From Chlorobiota bacterium (lineage in GTDB: Bacteria; Bacteroidota; Bacteroidia; Bacteroidales; JAADJA01), in the NCBI GenBank assembly GCA_013151015.1, contig JAADJA010000117.1:3510-67509 (forward strand): a stretch of DNA of 64,000 nucleotides, in the 5' to 3' direction. Shown here one piece after another: positions 1-7,663 of this stretch. Made by a program: the position numbers and the translations under genes. Numbering within the stretch: position 1 is the first letter of the stretch; each line of letters opens with the position of its first letter. Under the pieces are notes generated by a model, which saw only the letters and a program-made list of their open reading frames with translations, did not search any database and had not been told where the DNA came from.

Positions 1-691
1 GATCCTGCAAGGCAATATGCCCACTCTTTGCCAATCCATATCCAGGCATGTCCTTCCACTTGCCTTTCTGAACCCGGGTTTTCCAATCATCCGACCACAG
101 CTCATATTCAAGGATTTTCTTCCCATTAAGCCAATGTTCGACATGCGCATCCACGACCTTTATCCTGCTTGAGTTAAACTCCCCAACGGGTTTCAGCACT
201 TTGTTTGAGGCATTGTGCATGGCATAGTTTGCCCCGGCCTGTTGCCATTTTTCCAAATTTCCCTTATAACCAACATCATCAATTACCTGGTATTCCGGGC
301 CAGATGCGTAAACCGTTGGGTAATCGCCTTCGAGGACATGAAAGAAGATACCGCTGTTCCCTCCCGGGGATATTGCCCAATCAAGGCTGAGCTCAAAATC
401 CTCAAACTGGTCAACGCTTATGATGTCACCACCCAAATCACCTCCTTTGCCAAGCGCCATCAGGCTCCCATCCGTAGCCTGCCATCCATCATTCACTTCT
501 TCTTCCTTGAAATTCCGCCAGCCATTGGTTGATTTTCCATCAAACAACAATACCCATCCATCGGCAATTTCTTCTTCGGTTAATTCATTTATTGAGTTGG
601 GCTTTACGGGTTCGGCTTTCTGAGGTGGGTTGTTACAACTGTTTAAAATAAACAAGGATATGAGGAGGATGAAAGCTAATTGTCTTTTCAT
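1..691 (-). CDS. DUF1080 (3-keto-disaccharide hydrolase-like) lipoprotein, C-terminus outside the window
   Basis: Absent from the ORF track because there is no stop in the window. My translation of the minus strand from the ATG at 691-689 reads MKRQLAFILLISLFILNSCNNPPQKAEPVKPNSINELTEEEIADGWVLLFDGKSTNGWRNFKEEEVNDGWQATDGSL... It has a lipobox-like LNSC and an LFDGKSxxGW signature that I recall for DUF1080. The + strand ORFs at 205-623 are antisense shadows. Confidence 0.75.
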   Translation of the reverse strand, partial: MKRQLAFILLISLFILNSCNNPPQKAEPVKPNSINELTEEEIADGWVLLFDGKSTNGWRNFKEEEVNDGWQATDGSLMALGKGGDLGGDIISVDQFEDFELSLDWAISPGGNSGIFFHVLEGDYPTVYASGPEYQVIDDVGYKGNLEKWQQAGANYAMHNASNKVLKPVGEFNSSRIKVVDAHVEHWLNGKKILEYELWSDDWKTRVQKGKWKDMPGYGLAKSGHIALQD

Positions 692-798
692 AATCATGGT
701 ATCTTGAAGAACTTTTGCGGCATTAAAAGTAATCAATGTTGATTTAATATGGCAACTTATATTCAAATTAAATTCTTCTTTCAAACATATTTTTATGA

Positions 799-815
799 TG
801 GGTGTACGACAAATT
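799..815 (-). promoter_or_regulatory. Copy 1 of the recurrent motif TGGGTGTACGACAA(ATT); read on the minus strand it lies 108 nt upstream of the DUF1080 start
   Basis: The same 14-mer occurs at 25777-25790 and, as reverse complement, at 34442-34455. On the minus strand it reads AATTTGTCGTACACCCA, followed 12 nt later by TATGTTTG (a TAnnTTTG match, 789-782). Confidence 0.45.
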
Positions 816-926
816 TCCTTTAATAATGCTTATGCGGCATTTTTCGTTGTCGTTGTTTAGTTCAACCCGGGATATGCAATAGAAAATTTATGATGAATAT
901 AAGTTGCCGAAAAACATGCTACTTCG

Positions 927-1265
927 TTAGTGGTCACATAGGTTTTCGCCACTTTCCAATTGTTCAGCAAGGTATTTTTCAACCAGGGTTTTCGGCTCAT
1001 CGGAATCAATTCCCATAAATACTTCGATATTGTTCATGGCAAAAAGCTCCTGGGCTTTCATTCCCATACCACCCGAAATAATTGTGCTGACCCCTTTTCC
1101 AGATAAAAACCGTGGATATGTGCCTGGTTCATGAACTGGCGGGTTCAGGAATTCAACCCCTATTACTTTGTTATCTTCTGTTTCTACAATGGCGAATTTC
1201 TCACAATGACCGAAATGGGCACATAACTTTTTGTTGATTGTTGGTATTGCAAATAATTTCTTCAT
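927..1265 (-). CDS. NifX/NifB-type dinitrogenase FeMo-cofactor-binding domain protein (PF02579-like)
   Basis: 112-aa ORF reading MKKLFAIPT..KLCAHFGHCEKFAIVE...GVSTIISGGMGMKAQELF. The AHFGHC and GGMG motifs are typical of this family, from memory. Confidence 0.8.
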   Translation of the reverse strand: MKKLFAIPTINKKLCAHFGHCEKFAIVETEDNKVIGVEFLNPPVHEPGTYPRFLSGKGVSTIISGGMGMKAQELFAMNNIEVFMGIDSDEPKTLVEKYLAEQLESGENLCDH

Positions 1266-1368
1266 AATTTCTTTCGTTTTGATTCACCAAACGACTTGAA
1301 GCCACTCAGTGATTATTATTACCTGCTATTAAAACCCAAACGTGTTCCTATTCATGGCAGTTCGTTGC

Positions 1369-1434
1369 TTCCAAGTGCCATGCACAAGTTTTCCAAGTTC
1401 TGAGCACGACTCTTCCAGGTGCTATGCACGCTGG
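1369..1434. repeat. Three head-to-tail 22-bp repeats in the intercistronic gap of the DUF134 operon
   Basis: Units start at 1369, 1391 and 1413: ttccaagtgccatgcacaagtt / ttccaagttctgagcacgactc / ttccaggtgctatgcacgctgg. The last unit forms a 7-bp stem, CTTCCAG(1412-1418)/CTGGAAG(1431-1437). Confidence 0.8.
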
Positions 1435-1449
1435 AAGGTCTTTTCCGGT

Positions 1450-1671
1450 TTACTTTTTTAGCAACTCTTCCCTGATCATTGTATGCCCACAAGTTGGACA
1501 CTTTTGGGTTGTACATTTTACTCCTTGCTGATGGGGTATTTTTTCACCACATTTTGCACAAACACAAAATCCACCTGTACCAAATCCACCACCATTGTTA
1601 CGACCTCTTCCGCCACCACGGCCCAGGCCTTTGCCTTGGCCTATGTTTAATCCTTTTCCTGTGTTTTTCAT
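1450..1671 (-). CDS. Small Gly-rich / Cys-rich (zinc-ribbon-like) protein of unknown function
   Basis: 73-aa ORF with a G/R-rich N-terminus (GQGKGLGRGGGRGRNNGGGFGTGG) followed by CVCAKCG...C...CPTCGH. It lies in an operon with the DUF5320 and DUF134 genes. Confidence 0.6.
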   Translation of the reverse strand: MKNTGKGLNIGQGKGLGRGGGRGRNNGGGFGTGGFCVCAKCGEKIPHQQGVKCTTQKCPTCGHTMIREELLKK

Positions 1672-1739
1672 TTTTTTAAATTTTTAGTGTTCCAATAATC
1701 ACGGGATGATTTTAAATCACCCCGTGAACTTTCAATAAA

Positions 1740-2063
1740 TCAATCCGTTCCCTTATCAATTTCAGAGAGCTGTTTTTCAATTGACGCTAATTGTTCCTTA
1801 AGGATTCGTGCATCATTTTCAAGCAAAGTTTTTTGTGAAACGCCATGCACTTCATCCTCCAAAAAACGGCCATGGGCATGTCTTTGGCCATAACCCATTT
1901 GCCCACGCCATCTATTTCCATGGCCAAAACCCTGACCATATCCATGTCCATAGCTCCTGGATTCAATATCAAATCCCGAGCTGTCGTTTCCCACACAAAA
2001 ACCTAAGCGCCTTCCTGTCATCGGACCAACTCCCCGTGGCCCTGTTCTGTCACCTCGTGGCAT
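1740..2063 (-). CDS. DUF5320 family protein
   Basis: The N-terminus MPRGDRTGPRGVGPMTGRRLGFC matches the MPRGDGTGPxGxGPMTGRGxGxC signature I recall for DUF5320. The C-terminus looks coiled-coil (LKEQLASIEKQLSEI). Confidence 0.75.
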   Translation of the reverse strand: MPRGDRTGPRGVGPMTGRRLGFCVGNDSSGFDIESRSYGHGYGQGFGHGNRWRGQMGYGQRHAHGRFLEDEVHGVSQKTLLENDARILKEQLASIEKQLSEIDKGTD

Positions 2064-2082
2064 AATTTTCCTCCTTTCGTTT

Positions 2083-2535
2083 TTAGTTATTACTCAATTT
2101 GTTATTTGTACAGCATTTACCATGTCCAAATCCTCCAGCCAGGTTCAACAAATTGGTTGAACGACATTCCGGACATTCCGTAAACGTAGATTGAATTCCC
2201 ATATCAAACATATGTCCACAACCCATGCACTTAATAATATTTTTCCGAAAATGAATATTTCCCCCTTCTATCGACAACAAATGACCATTGATAATAAGTT
2301 GTGCCACTTTTTTCCGTGCCTGTTCTATCAAGCGTGAGAAAGTGGGGCGGGAAATCCCCATCTCATCAGCAGCCTCAGCATGAGACAACCCAACGTGGTC
2401 AGCCAAACGAAATGCTTCATATTCATCTAATGAAAATGAAGTCTTGTTCAATAACCTTGCGGCAATACCCATTGGTTTAAACTCCGTGAAAATTGGAGGC
2501 GTATGTACTATTCGTTCACTTTTTGGACGCGGCAT
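2083..2535 (-). CDS. DUF134 (UPF0251) predicted DNA-binding protein with a C-terminal zinc ribbon
   Basis: I trimmed the ORF track entry to the internal ATG at 2535. The product MPRPKSERIVHTPPIFTEFKPMGI...LDEYEAFRLADHVGLSHAEAADEMGISRPTFSRLIEQARKKVAQLIINGHLLSIEGG is a classic DUF134 pattern, and the C-terminus carries CMGCGH...CPECRS. The upstream part of the 210-aa ORF is translated repeat DNA. Confidence 0.85.
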   Translation of the reverse strand: MPRPKSERIVHTPPIFTEFKPMGIAARLLNKTSFSLDEYEAFRLADHVGLSHAEAADEMGISRPTFSRLIEQARKKVAQLIINGHLLSIEGGNIHFRKNIIKCMGCGHMFDMGIQSTFTECPECRSTNLLNLAGGFGHGKCCTNNKLSNN

Positions 2536-2622
2536 TCTATATGTTTTATATATTTCAGCTGCAAAGTTAATGAGCATATGTTCATAATGCAAGTTTTTTT
2601 TGATTTTTTTTAGATTAAAGAT

Positions 2623-2800
2623 GCGAGACTTTGAGAAACAAGACTTTGAGAGATAAGAACCAAGATTTAGAGAAACAAGACTTTGAGAAGCAAGACTTTG
2701 AGAGATAAGAACCAAGATTTAGAGAAACAAGACTTTGGGAAACAAGGCTTAGGGAATCAAGACTTAGAGAACCTGGATTTATTGAACCAAGGTTCAAAGG
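2623..2800. repeat. Array of about 11 degenerate 15-16 bp units (consensus caagactttgagaaa) with a 52-bp higher-order period
   Basis: Units start at about 2623, 2639, 2660, 2676, 2691, 2712, 2728, 2743, 2758, 2773 and 2788. The 52-bp block starting at 2639 is repeated exactly from 2691. The array lies 88-265 bp upstream of the DUF134 start. Confidence 0.85.
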
Positions 2801-2886
2801 TTTTAATGAAAAAGGGATTAGAAAGTGGTAGGCACAAAAAAAGAGCTGCCAAAACTGACAGCCCATAGAATAAAGTCTAACTATTT

Positions 2887-4386
2887 TTAAAACTGGAACC
2901 CAATCTCGAATTCCCATTGGTTCATTGTAATCTCAATTTCCTGGGCAGGATCAAATGGATTTATCCCCTTTACCGAATTTTCCAGGGCGTGGGTCACTGC
3001 AAAATTCAGTGCATGTTCACCCATCATCCGTGTAAATCCCAATGAAATATGGCTTTCATTTACGGCAGGCGCAATTATATTGAACATGACTTCACTCTCA
3101 GGTATGGGTTGTTTCCCGTAGGAATAACCAAGCCTGAACTGCCAGTTTTCAATTTGCCTGAATTCAGCACCAAATTTAAAGATCATCATATCTTCCCATC
3201 CAAAACCGGCTCCGTTTTCATCTCCAAGAGGGACAAAATTCGGATTGGGCATCATCACATTGGGATCATTCGGCCCTTGCCAATCAGGATTCGGGACAAA
3301 TGGTATAATCTGTTGAGGATCCATAGGGTTACTGATTGACTTAACTCCACTGTACATAATTTGCTTCACATCTGCCATCAACGTAAAATCCTCCGAAATG
3401 TCATAGGAAAGACCTGCCTGCCAATTGGCTGGAATGTCGAACCCACCTTCTTCGGCAAATAAGCCTTTATATTCCTCGAATTTACTCATTTTGATTTTTG
3501 GCTGGTATGATCCACCTAACCTTAGGCCTTCGATCAATTCCCCCTGGTATCCAATCTTGAACCCATAACCAGTTGCACTGCTTATACCATTATTGGTTAC
3601 ATATTGGCTACGGTCAACCGGCATACCCGGTATTCCGGCCGCACCCATATCACGAAAAGCCTGCATCCCTTTTACCTCTACAGTTTGATATGCGAATATC
3701 GGTGAAATACCAATGCTGTGTTTCCCAAACTGGCGGGCATAAGTCAAAGCCATGAACATTTGTGTCAAGTTTACGCCGGTCGGAGCCTCAACATTTGCCA
3801 TGGGGTTTGGATTGCCATCCGGCAAGGGATTGCCAAAACTGTCAATAATAGCACTGTAATAAGTCTTTGCATCATAATCGGTATTCATACCACCGTTTCC
3901 ATAAAAATTAAACCCGATGGCATTCTTCTCACCAAGTTTCATGGTAAATGCGATGGCCGGTATAATAAAAGTAGTTGAACCACTTTCAACTTTTCCTTCG
4001 GTCAATCCAAATGCAGAATACCTCGGGTCATTTACAAAGTTCCCGTTTGCATCAAAATAGCCCCATTTGTCAGGAGTTGTGGGAGCACCAATGATATTGT
4101 AATTCCTGCTTGGGCTGAACAAACCCACAGATGCCTCAATGCTCCACTGGTTTTTGAGGAAAGCAATTCCCGCAGGATTTATGGCGGCCGAATATGGAGA
4201 ATGCATAAACGCAATCCCGGCTCCCGCCATTCCTTTATTCCGGGTCCCTTGACCTGTACTGAAATAGCCATCCGTCGCGAAGGCATTCATATTGGACATT
4301 GTAACCGACAGCATAAACGCCATCACAAAACTTAGATTCTTTTTGGATAATTTTAAATTCATCTTTTGTGTTTTAATAAAGTTCAT
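2887..4386 (-). CDS. Outer-membrane transport protein of the FadL/OmpP1/TodX family
   Basis: 499-aa ORF with a signal peptide (..MSNMNAFA). It has GAGIAF...SAAINPAGIAFL near the N-terminus and a terminal aromatic residue (..EIGFQF), typical of FadL-like barrels. The start may instead be the ATG at 4362. Confidence 0.8.
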   Translation of the reverse strand: MNFIKTQKMNLKLSKKNLSFVMAFMLSVTMSNMNAFATDGYFSTGQGTRNKGMAGAGIAFMHSPYSAAINPAGIAFLKNQWSIEASVGLFSPSRNYNIIGAPTTPDKWGYFDANGNFVNDPRYSAFGLTEGKVESGSTTFIIPAIAFTMKLGEKNAIGFNFYGNGGMNTDYDAKTYYSAIIDSFGNPLPDGNPNPMANVEAPTGVNLTQMFMALTYARQFGKHSIGISPIFAYQTVEVKGMQAFRDMGAAGIPGMPVDRSQYVTNNGISSATGYGFKIGYQGELIEGLRLGGSYQPKIKMSKFEEYKGLFAEEGGFDIPANWQAGLSYDISEDFTLMADVKQIMYSGVKSISNPMDPQQIIPFVPNPDWQGPNDPNVMMPNPNFVPLGDENGAGFGWEDMMIFKFGAEFRQIENWQFRLGYSYGKQPIPESEVMFNIIAPAVNESHISLGFTRMMGEHALNFAVTHALENSVKGINPFDPAQEIEITMNQWEFEIGFQF

Positions 4387-4407
4387 AAATATAAATGATA
4401 TTCGGTA

Positions 4408-5307
4408 TTATTCGGTAAGTGCTTCCAGCATATCCTCGACATCGCCGGGGGTATTGGAAATTTTCATAAACTGGCTCATGGTCAATTCAGGCCAATGGAT
4501 GGCAAAACGGTATTTCCCATGTAACATAGTGGCCTCATTTCCCTGGAGGATGATTTCGTAAGGCATGGCCGCCACATGGTCTTCGCCAATGATAGGAAGG
4601 AAATGGGCCTCCCCTTCTTCAGCATCGAGGAGCCCAATCCCGAAAACAGCAATTTTTTGGGATTTAAAAACAAGTTCATACACTTTCACCGTGTTTCCTT
4701 TTTTTGCATTCAGGTTTTTACGGATAGTCGAAAGCCCTTCTTCAAAGGAACCAAACTCTTCCAGTTCAATCGGATCGTTGAAATAGGGCATCATCATCAT
4801 ATAATGATAATCTTTCAGGTCATCGGTTTCCACTTTCCCCCCAAATGGCGTAAAATCCGTACCGACAGCTTTAAGTGCATCTTTTGCATCGATAGTAACC
4901 TTCTTCAATTCCGTCGTATATTTATCGGCATCATCCATCAGGTAAGCATAAAAAATATACTCGGGGTTTAACATAGAAACATCCACTTTGCCATCTTTCA
5001 CGACAAAACCAATTTTCAGGACACTGGCCAAGGCGCCCCTGTCCTTCACCTTCAAACATGTTTTTTGCAAATCATCGCGCGTGTAAGCTACCACGTACAA
5101 CTTTTCGTTTTTGCCGGGATGATATTCTCCGATAACTTCAAAACCCTTTGTGCCAAGGGCATCTTTCACCTGAACAATGGCATCATTTAGTGAAACTCCA
5201 AGGCTTGCTACCCTGTAATACGATGTCAGGCCTTCATCGGCCCGGCCATTTGTCACGATTAACATAACAAATACGGCCATTAACAAACTTCTAATTGTTT
5301 TTTTCAT
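4408..5307 (-). CDS. Secreted hypothetical protein (possibly a DUF302-like fold)
   Basis: 299-aa ORF with a clear signal peptide (MKKTIRSLLMAVFVMLIVTNGRA). The segment VKDALGTKGFEVIGEYH weakly recalls DUF302. Function is unknown. Confidence 0.55.
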   Translation of the reverse strand: MKKTIRSLLMAVFVMLIVTNGRADEGLTSYYRVASLGVSLNDAIVQVKDALGTKGFEVIGEYHPGKNEKLYVVAYTRDDLQKTCLKVKDRGALASVLKIGFVVKDGKVDVSMLNPEYIFYAYLMDDADKYTTELKKVTIDAKDALKAVGTDFTPFGGKVETDDLKDYHYMMMMPYFNDPIELEEFGSFEEGLSTIRKNLNAKKGNTVKVYELVFKSQKIAVFGIGLLDAEEGEAHFLPIIGEDHVAAMPYEIILQGNEATMLHGKYRFAIHWPELTMSQFMKISNTPGDVEDMLEALTE

Positions 5308-5564
5308 TTTCGATTCAAATTTAGATTTGTGAATTAATTAACAGATTAAATATGGACAAAAGTAAATTACTCCATATGAAATAAAAAATGGAAAGGTCAA
5401 TTTATATTGATTTCAAATTAGGTGGTACATTGGCTTCTTGGAAATGAACATGAACAACTATGAATTAGCTTAAACAATCCCTTTGGATTTATGTTATATT
5501 CGTTGCACGAATCCAGGGATTGAAATTAACACAGTTCCGGTTATTGCAAATAAATGATTATATC

Positions 5565-5572
5565 TACTTTTG
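5565..5572 (+). promoter_or_regulatory. Candidate Bacteroidota -7 promoter box (TAnnTTTG)
   Basis: TACTTTTG lies 36 nt upstream of the ATG at 5608. Confidence 0.45.
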
Positions 5573-5607
5573 TAGAACAATAAAACAACAATTCATAGAT
5601 TCATAAA

Positions 5608-7434
5608 ATGACAAAAGCGCATTCATTCCATATACCCGTTATGGGTACTTCATTTTCGGTTGATACACCTCTTAAAGTTTCTCACCTCGGAATTGACTCC
5701 GTAATTTCCATAGTTGACGACTTTCTTCTCGAAAAACTAAGAAAGATGTACTGTGGGAAGTTTGAAATCCCATATGAGGAGATTTCTGAAAAAATCGATG
5801 ATTTCAGGGCCAAACGGATTACATCATATTTAAACTTGATAAATAAACTGGCCGAAGAAAAATTTGAGAAATTCAAGAATACGATTTCCGAAAAAGGCAC
5901 AGAAATAAAAAGCGAATATTTCCATCTGTTGCCCGATACTTCTTCCGTAAAAGAGGAATTCAATCATTTAACAGGGAAATATTTCAACTTTGAAGATATT
6001 AAAGCCTGGATAAAGGACCACCTTTCAATGGGCAGTATCGATGTGAACATCATGACCAAAGTTGACAAGGACAATTACAGGAACGGTGAAAAACTACCAC
6101 CGGAATACAACGATGCACTTGCTGCCTTCAGGGGTTTTGCAAATAGTGATTTGCAATCTTCCGTGATCCTTTCGGCGGGGATGAACCCAAGACTGTATGC
6201 GTATATGGAACAATTCAAAGATTTTTATCCCGATGAAAACGGGGAAATAAAAAAGAAGATTGTTTTAAAAGTGAGCGATTACAGGTCGGCAATGATACAA
6301 GGCAAGTTCCTGGCTAAAAAAGGGCTGTGGGTTTCGGAATACCGGATCGAGTCGGGACTTAATTGTGGAGGACATGCATTTGCTACTGATGGAATCCTCT
6401 TGGGTCCGGTGCTTGCCGAATTCAGGGATAACAGAAAGGAACTCTCTGCCGCAATCCATGAAGTTCTTGTCCAGACCCTTTCACGCAAAGGCCATCTTGT
6501 CCCAAAAAAAGAGATCCCTTTAAAAATCACGGCACAGGGAGGTGTGGGAACGGCTGAAGAACATCAATTCCTTATCGACCATTATGAAATTGATTCTGTG
6601 GGCTGGGGAACACCATTTCTTTTGGTCCCGGAAGCCACAACCGTTGATGAAGTCACATTACAGAAACTGGCAGATGCAAAGGAGGAGGATCTATACCTTA
6701 GTTATGTTTCCCCTCTTGGTGTCCCTTTCAATAACCTGCGGGGAAATACGAGGGACGAATACAAATACGATATGATCGAAAAAGGGAAACCGGGAAGTTA
6801 TTGCCCGAAAAAGTTGCTCGTTTCCAATAAAGAATTTACTGAAAAAGCGATTTGTACCGCCTCGATGCAATACCAGCGGATCAAATTGAAAGAGCTGAAA
6901 AACGAGGGTTTGCCCCTGGAAAAATATCAAACAAGGTTCAACAAAATTGTTGAGAAAACCTGTCTCTGCCTTGGATTGGCGGCACCCGGCCTATTGGTCA
7001 ACGATGTTGAAATAAGAAAAGGCGACGAGGGGGCATTGATTTGCCCAGGCCCAAACCTCGCATATTTCTCAAAAATATTGAGCTTGAAAGAAATGGTGGA
7101 CCACATTTACGGGAGGGCAAATGTGATTTCAAGGACTGACCGCCCTCATATGTTCGTCAAAGAACTTTATCTTTACATTGATTTCCTGAAAACCAAAATT
7201 GAGGAAACCAAAGAGTCCATGACAATTAAACAGGAAAAGTATTTATTCACTTTTATAAAAAACCTAAGGGAAGGGATAGCTTATTATCACGGCTTATTTG
7301 AAAGTTTGAAGGATAAATTTGAGGAATCAAAATCTAATATTATACATGAACTGGAAGATGGGAAAGAAGCTTTGTTCCGGCTTTTTGTGGAAATAGAAGA
7401 CCTGCAAATTGCAAAGAAATTGCAGGAGGTTTAA
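5608..7434 (+). CDS. Uncharacterised 608-aa protein with a central FMN-type TIM-barrel-like segment
   Basis: Long uninterrupted ORF. The segments ESGLNCGGHAF and ITAQGGVGTAEEHQFLIDHYEIDSVGWGTPFLLVPE resemble the GG...GADGVxMGTxFLxxxE phosphate-binding end of nitronate monooxygenase/FabK-type barrels, from memory. The N- and C-terminal thirds are not recognisable. Confidence 0.5.
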   Translation: MTKAHSFHIPVMGTSFSVDTPLKVSHLGIDSVISIVDDFLLEKLRKMYCGKFEIPYEEISEKIDDFRAKRITSYLNLINKLAEEKFEKFKNTISEKGTEIKSEYFHLLPDTSSVKEEFNHLTGKYFNFEDIKAWIKDHLSMGSIDVNIMTKVDKDNYRNGEKLPPEYNDALAAFRGFANSDLQSSVILSAGMNPRLYAYMEQFKDFYPDENGEIKKKIVLKVSDYRSAMIQGKFLAKKGLWVSEYRIESGLNCGGHAFATDGILLGPVLAEFRDNRKELSAAIHEVLVQTLSRKGHLVPKKEIPLKITAQGGVGTAEEHQFLIDHYEIDSVGWGTPFLLVPEATTVDEVTLQKLADAKEEDLYLSYVSPLGVPFNNLRGNTRDEYKYDMIEKGKPGSYCPKKLLVSNKEFTEKAICTASMQYQRIKLKELKNEGLPLEKYQTRFNKIVEKTCLCLGLAAPGLLVNDVEIRKGDEGALICPGPNLAYFSKILSLKEMVDHIYGRANVISRTDRPHMFVKELYLYIDFLKTKIEETKESMTIKQEKYLFTFIKNLREGIAYYHGLFESLKDKFEESKSNIIHELEDGKEALFRLFVEIEDLQIAKKLQEV

Positions 7435-7527
7435 ACAATGTACCGAAATATCCCTGACGCTTTGAAACACAACCTATGTGAATTAAGCACTAAGACAATC
7501 AAGCACAAGGGCATGAATAAAACAAAA

Positions 7528-7565
7528 GCCGATGTGCACTAATATCAATTAGCGCGTTAGCGGCC
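7528..7565. repeat. REP-like imperfect inverted repeat, same family as 37932-37969
   Basis: gccgatgtgcactaatatcaattagcgcgttagcggcc shares the core tgcactaata-N3-attagc-N-c-N-ttagcggc with the element at 37932. Confidence 0.6.
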
Positions 7566-7615
7566 ACATAATAAATACGTTTCAAGCGAACAAGTAAAGT
7601 TTATATAGTTGAAAA

Positions 7616-7650
7616 AAATGGGTGCTATTCGTTTTGAATACCACCCATTT
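7616..7650. terminator. Bidirectional intrinsic terminator between convergent genes
   Basis: 9-bp stem AAATGGGTG/CACCCATTT with a 17-nt loop. An A-run lies upstream and a T-run downstream. Confidence 0.65.
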
Positions 7651-7663
7651 TCAATTAAATCCA

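Noticed and set aside
205-623. Three overlapping plus-strand ORFs at the left edge of the window.
   Set aside because: They are antisense to a well-supported DUF1080 coding frame that runs off the window edge. That is why the true gene is missing from the ORF track.
1369-1437. A sigma-54 promoter (TGGCAC-N5-TTGC) on the minus strand of the 22-bp repeats, since catGGCACttggaaGCaa is present.
   Set aside because: The GG-to-GC spacing is one nucleotide short of the canonical -24/-12 geometry, and the -12 element reads AGCA rather than TTGC. I kept the locus only as an unexplained repeat.
2615-2917. ORFs 2615-2917 (minus), 2683-2868 (plus) and the N-terminal 60 codons of ORF 2083-2715.
   Set aside because: Their translations are low-complexity periodic peptides (SLVSQSLVSLNLGS..., QDLEKQDFGKQGL...) produced by the 15-16 bp repeat array. 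The DUF134 homology begins only at the internal Met at 2535.
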